This document shows positions 27,412-36,563 of a DNA stretch of 49,642 nucleotides, piece after piece. Positions within the stretch are counted from its first letter, which is position 1, and the number at the start of each line of letters is the position of its first letter. The stretch is from NCBI GenBank assembly GCA_017860335.1, contig JAFNAU010000001.1, positions 1 through 49,642 of the forward strand. Direction: 5' to 3'. A model generated the notes under the pieces. That model made no database searches and had not been told where the DNA came from. It worked only from the letters and a program-made list of their open reading frames with translations. The DNA is from Bacteroidota bacterium. Lineage in GTDB: Bacteria; Bacteroidota; Bacteroidia; Bacteroidales; Paludibacteraceae. A program made the position numbers and the translations under genes.

Positions 27412-29925
27412 ATGAATAAAACCATTCTGAATTCACTCACCCCGCATTTAGTAGCATTACTGCTTTTTATAGTTCTTTCATTCAGCTATTTTACCTCTGT
27501 ACTGGAAGGAAAAAAACTGATTGCACACGATACCCAGAGCTGGATAGCAGACTCAAAGGAGACAATAGATTATAACGAATCACATGATGATGTCACCCTG
27601 TGGACAAATTCATTGTTCGGTGGTATGCCGAATTATCAGATTTCGATGGAACAGCCGAATAATGTATTGCAATATGTAGAAAAACTGGTGATGGAATTTC
27701 CCCGGCCGGTTTCAAATCTGCTGCTTTACCTTATCTGCTTCTATATCTTACTGCTGGCATTCGGATTTAAGCCCTGGATGGCAATAATAGGCTCCATCGG
27801 TTTTACTTTTGCTTCCTACAATTTTATCATCATAGCCGCCGGTCACAACTCCAAGGCTATTACCATTGCCTATATGGCACCGCTTATTGGTGCAGTATTT
27901 CTGGCTTTCCGCCGGAAAAGGCTGCTGGGTGGAATTCTTACCGCGTTCTTCTTAAGTTTGGCTATCCGCGCAAATCACATCCAGATTATATATTATACGC
28001 TGATTGTTCTCCTCGTATTTGCCGTAGTAGAATTCATATACAGCGTTCGCGAAAAAGAAATAAAAGAATTCCTGAAAACAGCTGTTGTGATGATTGCTGC
28101 AGCCCTTTTGGCTGTAGGGATGAATGCAACTTCGCTGCTTACGACGTATGAATACAGTCAGTACACCATGCGCGGAAAATCCAACGGACTGACTACTGCA
28201 GCGCAAAATTCACCGAATGCTGTAAATATCGGTCACGGACTTGATAAAGATTACATCACTCAGTGGAGTTACGGAGTGGATGAAACGATGACCTTGCTCA
28301 TCCCCAATTTCAAAGGAGGAGCTAGCGGAGGAAAACTGAGCATGAACAGCGAGACAGCCAAGTATCTGAAAAACATGAACGTTCCTGACAGTCAGACGCA
28401 ACAGATTATAAGCCAGATGCCGCTCTATTGGGGGACGCAGCCCGGAACTTCAGGGCCGGTATATCTTGGCGCAATTATAATTTTCCTGTTTGTACTGAGC
28501 CTGTTTGTAGTTGATAAACGTACCCTTTGGTGGCTAATTCCTGTGATAATTCTTACACTGGTGTTGTCGTGGGGTCGCAACTTCATGTGGCTTACAAACA
28601 TATTTATTGATTATTTCCCCATGTACAATAAATTCCGGACGGTTTCCATGACGCTTGTTGCAACCGGTTTCGGAATTACGTTGCTTGCATTTCTGGCACT
28701 GAAAGAAATCTTTGATGGAAACATAAATAAGGAGAAGTTAACAAAATCAGTCTTTCTCAGTATGGGTATTACTGCCGGTATCTGTCTGATATTTGCATTA
28801 TTACCTTCACTGGCAGGTGGTTTCGTTTCACCGCAGGATGCGCAGTTCTCGGGTGATTATTCCTTCCTGAAAGAAACACTTCCGCTCGACAGAAAAGCGA
28901 TGCTACGTACTGATGCATGGCGTTCGCTGGCTTTTATCCTGCTCGGAGCGGTTATTATTTTGGCATATATTAAAGGATTTTTGAAGAGAAACGTTGCACT
29001 GGTACTTCTCGGTTTTTTTATTCTGATAGATTTATTCCCGGTAGCAAAACGTTATCTGAATGACGGCAACTTCGAAAACAAACGTCCGGCTCAGCTTATA
29101 CAGCCTACTCCGGCGGATCAGATAGTACTCCAGGATAAGTCGCAATACCGCGTGCTGGATGCTACAGTCGATATATTCAGCGATGCTACTCCTTCCTATT
29201 TCCATAAAAATATCGGAGGATATCATGCTGCAAAACTCCGTCGTTATCAGGAATTGATTGAAAATCAAATTCAACCGGAGATCGGACAACTGTTTGGCGC
29301 TTTTGGTAAAGCTACAACAGCCGAATCCATTTTACCCACCCTCGACTCGTTGGGAGTGCTTAATATGTTGAATTTAAAATACATTATTTACAATAAAGAA
29401 TCGGCGCCTCTCGTTAATCCCTATAATAACGGGAATGCCTGGTTTGTGCAGAAAATACGTATTGCAGCCAATGCCGATGAAGAAATAAAACTGGTGGGAG
29501 ATATTGACACACGACATGAACTGGTAGTCGATAAATCGCTGGCTTCGATATTTCCAACAGCGATAACTTCCGACACTACAGCTTCAATCGAACTGGCAAG
29601 TTATGCTCCTAATCATTTGGTGTATAAATTTAATTCAACCACAGATCAGGTGGCTGTGTTTTCGGAAATTTATTACGATAAAGGATGGAAAGCTACTATC
29701 AATGGAAAAGAAGTTCCTTATACCCGGGTGAATTATCTGTTGCGGGCTATGCCGTTGAAGGCGGGCAACTATGAAATTGATTTCCGTTTCGATCCGCAAT
29801 CGTACAAAGCCGGTAATGTGCTGGCTATGATTTCCTCTGTTTTATTGTTGATAGCAATTGTTTTACTCGTATTCTTTTACCAGAGAAAAAGGAAAACAAC
29901 AACACCGAATTCCGGGAAGAATTAA
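27412..29925 (+). CDS. YfhO family polytopic membrane protein (putative glycosyltransferase using lipid-linked donors)
   Basis: 837 aa with a multi-TM N-terminal half and a final C-terminal TM. Size and architecture, plus ...DTQSW......I.Y...H.D..LWTNSLFGGMP.YQI..., resemble Bacteroidota YfhO-annotated proteins. The family was assigned from memory. Confidence 0.7.
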   Translation: MNKTILNSLTPHLVALLLFIVLSFSYFTSVLEGKKLIAHDTQSWIADSKETIDYNESHDDVTLWTNSLFGGMPNYQISMEQPNNVLQYVEKLVMEFPRPVSNLLLYLICFYILLLAFGFKPWMAIIGSIGFTFASYNFIIIAAGHNSKAITIAYMAPLIGAVFLAFRRKRLLGGILTAFFLSLAIRANHIQIIYYTLIVLLVFAVVEFIYSVREKEIKEFLKTAVVMIAAALLAVGMNATSLLTTYEYSQYTMRGKSNGLTTAAQNSPNAVNIGHGLDKDYITQWSYGVDETMTLLIPNFKGGASGGKLSMNSETAKYLKNMNVPDSQTQQIISQMPLYWGTQPGTSGPVYLGAIIIFLFVLSLFVVDKRTLWWLIPVIILTLVLSWGRNFMWLTNIFIDYFPMYNKFRTVSMTLVATGFGITLLAFLALKEIFDGNINKEKLTKSVFLSMGITAGICLIFALLPSLAGGFVSPQDAQFSGDYSFLKETLPLDRKAMLRTDAWRSLAFILLGAVIILAYIKGFLKRNVALVLLGFFILIDLFPVAKRYLNDGNFENKRPAQLIQPTPADQIVLQDKSQYRVLDATVDIFSDATPSYFHKNIGGYHAAKLRRYQELIENQIQPEIGQLFGAFGKATTAESILPTLDSLGVLNMLNLKYIIYNKESAPLVNPYNNGNAWFVQKIRIAANADEEIKLVGDIDTRHELVVDKSLASIFPTAITSDTTASIELASYAPNHLVYKFNSTTDQVAVFSEIYYDKGWKATINGKEVPYTRVNYLLRAMPLKAGNYEIDFRFDPQSYKAGNVLAMISSVLLLIAIVLLVFFYQRKRKTTTPNSGKN

Positions 29926-29989
29926 TTACAAAAAAACAAACCTCCGGATGATATCCGATAGGTTTTCAGAATAATATATTAACGATATT

Positions 29990-30871
29990 ATGTCTACAAA
30001 AAAATACAAAAAAAGAACATTCCGATTTCGCAATGCTAATCTGACAGCTACATTCAGTATGTCGCTGGTGCTATTTCTGGTTGGTTTACTGACACTGACC
30101 CTCTTTCTGGCGCGTGATATGACCCGCTATGTAAAAGAAAATCTGAACCTCTCTATCGTACTGAGTGATGAAATAACCCCGCGACAAACAGAAAGGATTA
30201 AGAAATTTCTGGAGAAATCGGATTACGCGAAATCGGTGGAGTTGATTTCAAAAGAACAGGCACTTCAGGAACATATACAGGATTTGGGCGAAAATCCGGA
30301 AGAATTTCTGGGCTTCAATCCCCTGCTGGCATCGCTTGAGGTTAAACTGAACGAAAACTACGCCAATACCGACAGTGTCGCAAAAATTGAAAAGAAACTT
30401 TCAAAGTATAAAGAAATTCAAAAGGTTTCCTATCAAAAAGATATGATTTCGATGGTAAATGAAAATATCAAAAAAATCAGTATCATCCTGCTTGGTATCG
30501 CTGCTATTCTGATGCTCATTTCATTTGCCCTGATCAACAATACGGTTCGGCTCAGCATTTATTCCAACCGTTTTCTGATCAACACCATGAAGCTTGTTGG
30601 TGCTACACACTGGTTTATCCGTAAGCCTTATGTCAGACGAAGCGTGCTGAACGGGATAATTGCAGCTATTATAGCACTCGGATTACTTACCGGACTGGTA
30701 TTCTATTTCCAGAATGAATTTGGTTTGCAGTCTCAAATGATCACCCGCGATACCGAATTGATTGTTGCAGCTGTTGTTATCGTTCTTGGCATTCTGCTTA
30801 CTGCCATTTCATCCTACTTTGCGGTGGGCAGATACCTCAGAATGCGGTCTGACGATATGTATTATATATAA
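29990..30871 (+). CDS. ftsX: Cell division protein FtsX-like permease
   Basis: 293 aa with the order TM, periplasmic domain, 3 TM: ...LINNTVRLSIYSNRFLINTMKLVGAT.WFIR.PY... It sits in the conserved ftsX-DUF3098-uppP arrangement. Confidence 0.85.
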   Translation: MSTKKYKKRTFRFRNANLTATFSMSLVLFLVGLLTLTLFLARDMTRYVKENLNLSIVLSDEITPRQTERIKKFLEKSDYAKSVELISKEQALQEHIQDLGENPEEFLGFNPLLASLEVKLNENYANTDSVAKIEKKLSKYKEIQKVSYQKDMISMVNENIKKISIILLGIAAILMLISFALINNTVRLSIYSNRFLINTMKLVGATHWFIRKPYVRRSVLNGIIAAIIALGLLTGLVFYFQNEFGLQSQMITRDTELIVAAVVIVLGILLTAISSYFAVGRYLRMRSDDMYYI

Positions 30872-30969
30872 AGATTAATGTGGATGAACAATAAAACTGT
30901 TCTGATACTTATTTCATATGTTATTTCTTTGTAACGAGATATTACTGAATCAATAAACTCACACATAAA

Positions 30970-31197
30970 ATGGAAAATAAAAAATTCGGACTTTCCAAGA
31001 TAAACTTTATCCTGATTGCAGTTGCACTTCTGGTAATAGTAATCGGATTTCTTCTAATGACCGGCAAGCCTTCCGGAGTTGAATTCAATCCCGATATATT
31101 CGGCACCCGCCGGATAATAGTGGGACCGATGATTTCGTTTATCGGCTTTATTTCTATGATAGCCGCTATCCTTTACACCCCGAAAAACAAGGATTAA
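30970..31197 (+). CDS. DUF3098 family small membrane protein
   Basis: 75 aa with two TM helices, at the conserved position between ftsX and uppP in Bacteroidota. Confidence 0.7.
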   Translation: MENKKFGLSKINFILIAVALLVIVIGFLLMTGKPSGVEFNPDIFGTRRIIVGPMISFIGFISMIAAILYTPKNKD

Positions 31198-31199
31198 GA

Positions 31200-32006
31200 A
31201 TGAATGTAATTCAAGCGATTATCCTTGCCATCGTAGAAGGATTAACTGAATTTTTACCGGTGTCATCCACCGGTCATATGGCTTTGGTTTCCGCACTGAT
31301 GGGTATTGAGCAGGAGAGCTTCACTAAACTTTTTATCGAAACAATTCAGTTTGGTACAATTCTTTCTGTTTTGGTACTTTACTGGAAAAAGTTTATTGAT
31401 TTCAAAGGTTTTCAGTTTTATATGAAACTCATTATCGCATTTCTTCCTGCAGCAGTATTTGGCGTAATTTTTAAGAAACACATTGATGCACTGATCGGAA
31501 CTCCCCTTTTTATTGCCTGCACTTTGTTTTTTGGCGGAATAATACTTCTCTTTGTCGATAATTGGTTCAAAAACCCGACCATCAATGACGAAAAGCAGGC
31601 TACCAACAAGAATGCGCTGATTATCGGGCTGTTCCAGGTACTGGCAGTCGTTCTGCCCGGTTTAAGCAGGAGTGCAGCCACTATCATTGGTGGTATGCAG
31701 CAAAAGATGACACGTAAAGCGGCAGCTGAGTTTTCTTTCTTTCTGGCAGTACCAACTCTGGCTGGAGCATTTGTAAAAAGCTTATGGGATGCCTATCAGG
31801 ATACACCTGAAATTCTCACTCAACATAATATTTCTCTGCTTGTACTGGGCAATGTGGTTGGCTTCATAGTGGCGGTTATCGCTATTAAAGCTTTCATCAG
31901 TTTCCTGACCACGCATGGATTTCGTTTGTTCGGGTATTATCGCATTCTGGTAGGGATTACCATTATTTTGCTAATTCTGTTTGGCGTAAATTTGAGTGTT
32001 ATTTAA
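31200..32006 (+). CDS. uppP: Undecaprenyl-diphosphate phosphatase
   Basis: 268 aa: ...IVEGLTEFLPVSSTGHM... and ...PGLSRSAATI.GG... BacA/UppP motifs. Confidence 0.93.
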   Translation: MNVIQAIILAIVEGLTEFLPVSSTGHMALVSALMGIEQESFTKLFIETIQFGTILSVLVLYWKKFIDFKGFQFYMKLIIAFLPAAVFGVIFKKHIDALIGTPLFIACTLFFGGIILLFVDNWFKNPTINDEKQATNKNALIIGLFQVLAVVLPGLSRSAATIIGGMQQKMTRKAAAEFSFFLAVPTLAGAFVKSLWDAYQDTPEILTQHNISLLVLGNVVGFIVAVIAIKAFISFLTTHGFRLFGYYRILVGITIILLILFGVNLSVI

Positions 32007-32027
32007 TAAGTTTTACCGGGAGCAATA

Positions 32028-32717
32028 ATGGATTTTATTGAAGGAGAGGTATTGTATGTGAAGAAACCCCTGCACTGGACATCGTTCGATGTGGTGAATA
32101 AGGTGCGCTGGAAGATTTCACGAAAACTAAATAAGAAAAAAATTAAGGTTGGTCATGCCGGTACGCTTGATCCTTTAGCTACAGGAGTAATGATACTCTG
32201 TACAGGTAAAGCGACCAAACAGATTGAGGATTTCCAATATCAGACGAAAGAATATGTAGCTACACTTGAACTGGGAGCTACAACACCATCGTTTGACCGG
32301 GAACATGAAGTGGATTCCCGTTACCCGACCGACCACATTACCCGGGGGTTAATCGATGAAGTGATTTCAAGGTTCAAAGGTGAAATATGGCAGGTTCCGC
32401 CTGTGTATTCAGCAGTGAAAGTGGATGGGAAAAGAGCATACAATTATGCCCGTGACGGACAGGAAGTGGAACTGAAACCTAAACTACTGGTTATTGATGA
32501 GATTGAAGTATTGTCGTTCGATTTTCCGGTATTAGTGATTCGTGTAGTGTGCAGTAAAGGCACTTATATAAGGGCATTGGCGCGTGATATCGGAGAAGCC
32601 CTTCAAAGCGGAGCACACCTAATTGCGCTGGAAAGGACGCGCATTGGAGATATTACTCTGACAGACTGTTGGGAAATAGAAGATTTGTTGAAACAAATTG
32701 ACACGCTTGATTGTTAA
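32028..32717 (+). CDS. truB: tRNA pseudouridine(55) synthase TruB
   Basis: 229 aa: ...KVGHAGTLDPLATGV... (catalytic Asp), ...QVPP.YSA.KV.GKRAY..AR.G... Confidence 0.92.
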   Translation: MDFIEGEVLYVKKPLHWTSFDVVNKVRWKISRKLNKKKIKVGHAGTLDPLATGVMILCTGKATKQIEDFQYQTKEYVATLELGATTPSFDREHEVDSRYPTDHITRGLIDEVISRFKGEIWQVPPVYSAVKVDGKRAYNYARDGQEVELKPKLLVIDEIEVLSFDFPVLVIRVVCSKGTYIRALARDIGEALQSGAHLIALERTRIGDITLTDCWEIEDLLKQIDTLDC

Positions 32718-32894
32718 ATAATGGTTGTTAACCATTCAAGTAATATTTTCTGATGTATCGAAAGCATACGGTATGTCCAATTAGTAAATATTCTAAGAGG
32801 CAATATCAGGTAATTAAGTGCTAAGGAACTCAACAAAATTATTTATTCAAAAAAAAATAACGAGAAACTAAAAATACGAAGTAAAATTAAGATT

Positions 32895-33944
32895 ATGAAA
32901 TTATCTCAGTTTAAGTTCAAATTGCCGGATGAATTAATAGCACAATATCCAGCTGTACACAGAGACGAATCCCGTTTAATGGTCTTACATCGGAAATCTG
33001 GTGAAATTGAACATAAAGTGTTCAAGGATGTGCTTGATTATTTTGATGAGAACGACTTATTTATTTTCAATGATACAAAGGTTTTTCCCGCCCGTTTATA
33101 CGGCAATAAGGAAAAAACCGGCGCTCAGATTGAAGTATTTCTGCTCCGCGAACTGAACAGAGAAGGCAGGCTGTGGGATGTGCTCGTAGAACCTGCCCGT
33201 AAAATCCGTATTGGTAATAAACTTTACTTCGGTGAAGATGATGCGATTGTTGCCGAGGTGATTGACAATACCACTTCCCGTGGACGCACACTTCGTTTTT
33301 TGTTCGATGGTACTCATGAGGAATTTAAACGTGAACTCTATAAGCTGGGTCAAACTCCGCTTCCACACAATATCACACGACCTGTAGAACCCGATGATGA
33401 AGAACGTTTCCAGACAATTTTTGCCACTAACGAAGGCGCTGTATCGGCACCTGCTGCCGGAATGCATTTCAGCCGGGAGTTGATGAAACGGATGGAAATC
33501 AAAGGGATAAACACTGCATTTGTCACTTCGCATATGAGTTTGGGTAATTTTAGGGAAATTGATGTGGAAGATCTTACCAAGCACAAGATGGATTCGGAAC
33601 AGATGCAAATTACTCCCGAAACAGCTGACATTGTTAACGCAGCTCATGATGCTGGTGAAAATATATGCGCAGTGGGTGTGACGGTGATGAGAGCACTCGA
33701 GACTGTTGTCGGAACTGAAGGACGTATTAAACCGCTGGACGGATGGACCAATAAATTCATTTTCCCGCCTTACGATTTTACAGTAGCTAACTCGCTGATT
33801 ACTAATCTTCACCTGCCATATTCAACGTTACTAATGCTTACAGCAGCTTTTGGCGACTATGATCATGTTATGAATGCCTATGATGTGGCGATTAAAGAGA
33901 AATACCGGTTTGGAGTTTATGGCGATGCAATGCTTGTAATCTAA
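32895..33944 (+). CDS. queA: S-adenosylmethionine:tRNA ribosyltransferase-isomerase
   Basis: 349 aa: [19 protein letters not shown]...RDESRLMVL..., ...[12 protein letters not shown]..., ...VGTTV-like [10 protein letters not shown]. Confidence 0.92.
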   Translation: MKLSQFKFKLPDELIAQYPAVHRDESRLMVLHRKSGEIEHKVFKDVLDYFDENDLFIFNDTKVFPARLYGNKEKTGAQIEVFLLRELNREGRLWDVLVEPARKIRIGNKLYFGEDDAIVAEVIDNTTSRGRTLRFLFDGTHEEFKRELYKLGQTPLPHNITRPVEPDDEERFQTIFATNEGAVSAPAAGMHFSRELMKRMEIKGINTAFVTSHMSLGNFREIDVEDLTKHKMDSEQMQITPETADIVNAAHDAGENICAVGVTVMRALETVVGTEGRIKPLDGWTNKFIFPPYDFTVANSLITNLHLPYSTLLMLTAAFGDYDHVMNAYDVAIKEKYRFGVYGDAMLVI

Positions 33945-33960
33945 ACAGAATATAACCTTA

Positions 33961-34000
33961 AAAAAGAAATTTGCTGGTAATTATCAGCGAATTTCTTTTT
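33961..34000. terminator. Bidirectional terminator between queA and dnaX
   Basis: AAAAAGAAATTTGCTG - 8 nt - CAGCGAATTTCTTTTT. Confidence 0.8.
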
Positions 34001-35798
34001 AATCAATTTCCATATCCAGATTTTTCCGGAGAACGGCTAAAGCCGGGTTGGCTGCAACCATCTTCTTATAAACTTCCTGTGGATTCAGATATATCTTTTG
34101 TTCTTCTTCAGGGATGAAATCTATCTGAAAGCGTATCGAATTATTTCCCAGTTCCTTCCGCAGGTATTCCAGTACATGTATCTGGCTGATCTCTTTTTCC
34201 TGAAATTTATTGTCAAGTAACAATCCGATGATATTGTCATTCTCCAGGCTTGGCAGGTGATTTAGTAAAAAGCCCCGGGTAACCTGATCTTTCTGGAATT
34301 GATTGGCAAATATTTTCCATTTTTCAATCAGTTCTTGACTGGTAAATTGTTTATCGGATATATTGTCATCAGAATGTTCTTTAATTCCTTCCGATGTAGT
34401 TTCAGTTGATTTTTCTGATTGAATATTTGATATGGAGATCCGGGGAGGAGCTTGTGAAATTCCCGCTTTGGTTTCCGCAGCTTTCTTCGGAACCGGATTT
34501 CCTGCATAAACATCAGTAGTGTCAGGTTCGCTGACAATCGTATCAGCCGGTGCAGTCTGAACAACTGGCCGAGGTTGAGTAGGAGGCGTCTGCGTAACGA
34601 TAACTTGTGGTTTTGAGGTTATCACAGGCTGACCAATTACAGCCGGTTCAGAAACTTCGATCGGTTTTAAAGGAGGTTTATCAACTGTCAGATTTTTTTT
34701 TTTATCGGACATAAGCTGGCTTATCCTTATCAGAGCTATTTCAACGAGTAACCGTTTGTTTTTACTGATCCTGTAATTCAGATCGCAGTCGTTACTGATT
34801 TTCAGGGCATCAAAGATAAATTCCACAGGGCATGCCTGAGCCTGTTGCCTGTATCGCTCGCCGATATCGACACCTACTTCGAGCAACTGAATAGTGCTTG
34901 CATCCTTACTGACAAGTACATCCCGCAGATGCGAACTTAACCCGGTAATGAAATGCTGCGCTTCAAATCCTTTATTAAGTACTTCATCAAAAATCAGCAG
35001 CGCTTCTGAAACGTTACCTTGCAGGAATGCATTTACAAGTTTGAAATAATATTCATAATCCAGCACGTTAAGATTGTCAATCACATTCTGATAAGTGATT
35101 GCATTGCCGCTGAAACTGACCAGCTGATCGAAAATAGATAATGCATCGCGCATACCTCCATCACTTTTCTGCGCAATGATATTCAGTGCACTTTCTTCGA
35201 TGGTGACATGCTCACTCGATGCAACATATTTCAGATGGTTAACCGTATCGTTGATGGAAATCCGGTTAAAATCATAAATCTGACAACGGGAGAGTATCGT
35301 CGGGATAATTTTATGCTTTTCGGTGGTAGCCAGGATGAAGATGGCATGTGCCGGTGGCTCCTCCAGAGTTTTCAAAAAAGCATTGAAAGCGCCTGAAGAA
35401 AGCATATGGACTTCATCGATGATATAGACACTGTAATTTCCTATCTGAGGCGGTATCCGTACCTGATCCGTCAGGCTTCGGATGTCATCTACGCCATTAT
35501 TTGACGCGGCATCCAGTTCATGAATGTTGTATGAGCGTTGGTCATTAAAAGTTTTGCAGGATTCACACTGATTGCAGGCTTCAAATTCTTCCGTCAGATG
35601 CTCGCAGTTGATGGTTTTTGCAAAAATTCTAGCACAAGTAGTTTTTCCCACACCCCGCGGCCCGCAAAACAAATAGGCATGTGCCAGTTTTTTGCTTTTT
35701 ATGGCATTTCTCAGAGTGGTAGTAAGCGAGTCTTGTCCCACAACCGACTTGAAGGTGGAAGGGCGGTATTTCCGGGCTGAAACAACGAATGAATCCAT
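33999..35798 (-). CDS. dnaX: DNA polymerase III subunit tau (with a putative internal gamma recoding site)
   Basis: 599 aa: ...RKYRP.TF..VVGQ..., Walker A FCGPRGVGKTT, zinc module C..C.SC, IIDEVHMLS, SRC motif TILSRCQ. These are followed by a P/T/Q-rich linker and a tau-type C-terminal domain. Confidence 0.93.
   Translation of the reverse strand: MDSFVVSARKYRPSTFKSVVGQDSLTTTLRNAIKSKKLAHAYLFCGPRGVGKTTCARIFAKTINCEHLTEEFEACNQCESCKTFNDQRSYNIHELDAASNNGVDDIRSLTDQVRIPPQIGNYSVYIIDEVHMLSSGAFNAFLKTLEEPPAHAIFILATTEKHKIIPTILSRCQIYDFNRISINDTVNHLKYVASSEHVTIEESALNIIAQKSDGGMRDALSIFDQLVSFSGNAITYQNVIDNLNVLDYEYYFKLVNAFLQGNVSEALLIFDEVLNKGFEAQHFITGLSSHLRDVLVSKDASTIQLLEVGVDIGERYRQQAQACPVEFIFDALKISNDCDLNYRISKNKRLLVEIALIRISQLMSDKKKNLTVDKPPLKPIEVSEPAVIGQPVITSKPQVIVTQTPPTQPRPVVQTAPADTIVSEPDTTDVYAGNPVPKKAAETKAGISQAPPRISISNIQSEKSTETTSEGIKEHSDDNISDKQFTSQELIEKWKIFANQFQKDQVTRGFLLNHLPSLENDNIIGLLLDNKFQEKEISQIHVLEYLRKELGNNSIRFQIDFIPEEEQKIYLNPQEVYKKMVAANPALAVLRKNLDMEID
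34693..34703 (-). other. A11 homopolymer (T11 on the plus strand) in dnaX codons 366-369: candidate transcriptional-slippage / ribosomal frameshift site
   Basis: The minus strand reads GAT AAA AAA AAA AAT CTG ACA GTT GAT. The -1 frame gives K-S-D-S-TGA and the +1 frame gives I-TGA. Confidence 0.5.
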
Positions 35799-35833
35799 GA
35801 AAAATAAGATTGATTTCTTTGATAAATTTATTA

Positions 35834-35841
35834 CAAATATA
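35834..35841 (-). promoter_or_regulatory. -7 promoter box (dnaX)
   Basis: TATATTTG on the minus strand, 36 nt upstream of the ATG at 35798. Confidence 0.55.
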
Positions 35842-36013
35842 AGCTATTTTTCTGAAACAACAACTTGACTTTATCTGCTGTTTTTGTTGAAAACACCGCA
35901 AAAAAAAACTCCGGATGGTTACACCCGAAGCTTATTCAAAATTAAGGTTATGACGAATTTATGGTTTTTTATATTATTCTTGTTGTTTTACGGAATTTTA
36001 CCCATTCAGACCT

Positions 36014-36430
36014 TTACTCATTTTTTTTTATATCCTTTTGCTGTCTTTTCAAGCTTCTGTTTGTTTTCGGCTGTGATTTTTCGTCATGCCTCACCAGATA
36101 ATTGTATTTTGATTTATGAATTGCATTTTCAGTAAAAGGCATGTCGTTAATAAGGTATAATTGTACCTGAGCCGATGTTTTCAGATTTTCATGTTTGATC
36201 TTTTCCGGAACAGACTTAATAATAAACCAAACTCCATCCTTTTCGTAGATGTACATATCTTTTTTAAGGTCGTAATATATGTTGTACTGCGGGAAATAGA
36301 TATGTCTGGTTTTTTCTCTGTAACCATTCGCCGGAGCCCATTCGGGCGTTAGCGCTTCTGCACTTGTCGGGAAAAAATGCAGAATGGACACGATTGTAAA
36401 TAAAACTACTATAAATCTGTTTACTTTCAT
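36014..36430 (-). CDS. Hypothetical secreted protein
   Basis: 138 aa with signal peptide MKVNRFIVVLFTIVSILHFFPTSAEA and a Lys-rich C-terminus. I recognise no family. Confidence 0.55.
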   Translation of the reverse strand: MKVNRFIVVLFTIVSILHFFPTSAEALTPEWAPANGYREKTRHIYFPQYNIYYDLKKDMYIYEKDGVWFIIKSVPEKIKHENLKTSAQVQLYLINDMPFTENAIHKSKYNYLVRHDEKSQPKTNRSLKRQQKDIKKNE

Positions 36431-36495
36431 TGTGTGGTTTGAGGCCTGATTTGCCGGGGATATCCGGCAGATAGAATAATATCAAACTTCGTGCC

Positions 36496-36540
36496 AAAAA
36501 AAACACCCTTTGTCAGAATGATAGACAAAGGGTGTTTTTT
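36496..36540. terminator. Bidirectional terminator (serves prs on the minus strand)
   Basis: A8 - CACCCTTTGTC - 9 nt - GACAAAGGGTG - T6. Confidence 0.85.
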
Positions 36541-36563
36541 ATTTTTGATGAATTGTCAATTTA

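Noticed and set aside
32719-32737. AATGGTT-GTT-AACCATT hairpin after truB as a terminator
   Set aside because: It has a 7-bp AT-rich stem, a 3-nt loop and no T-run. That is too weak to call.
32840-32894. Possible preQ1 riboswitch upstream of queA (A-rich tract with AAACTAA)
   Set aside because: There is no P1 hairpin or conserved C-containing loop upstream of the A tract. queA is not a typical preQ1-regulated gene. The region is simply A-rich leader.
33096-33812. 238-aa antisense ORF inside queA. Similar long antisense ORFs occur at 38912-39553 (malQ), 44951-45658 (OMP gene) and 25071-25652 (GH20).
   Set aside because: Each overlaps a strongly supported conserved gene on the other strand and has no motifs of its own. 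This is typical stop-codon depletion on the antisense strand.
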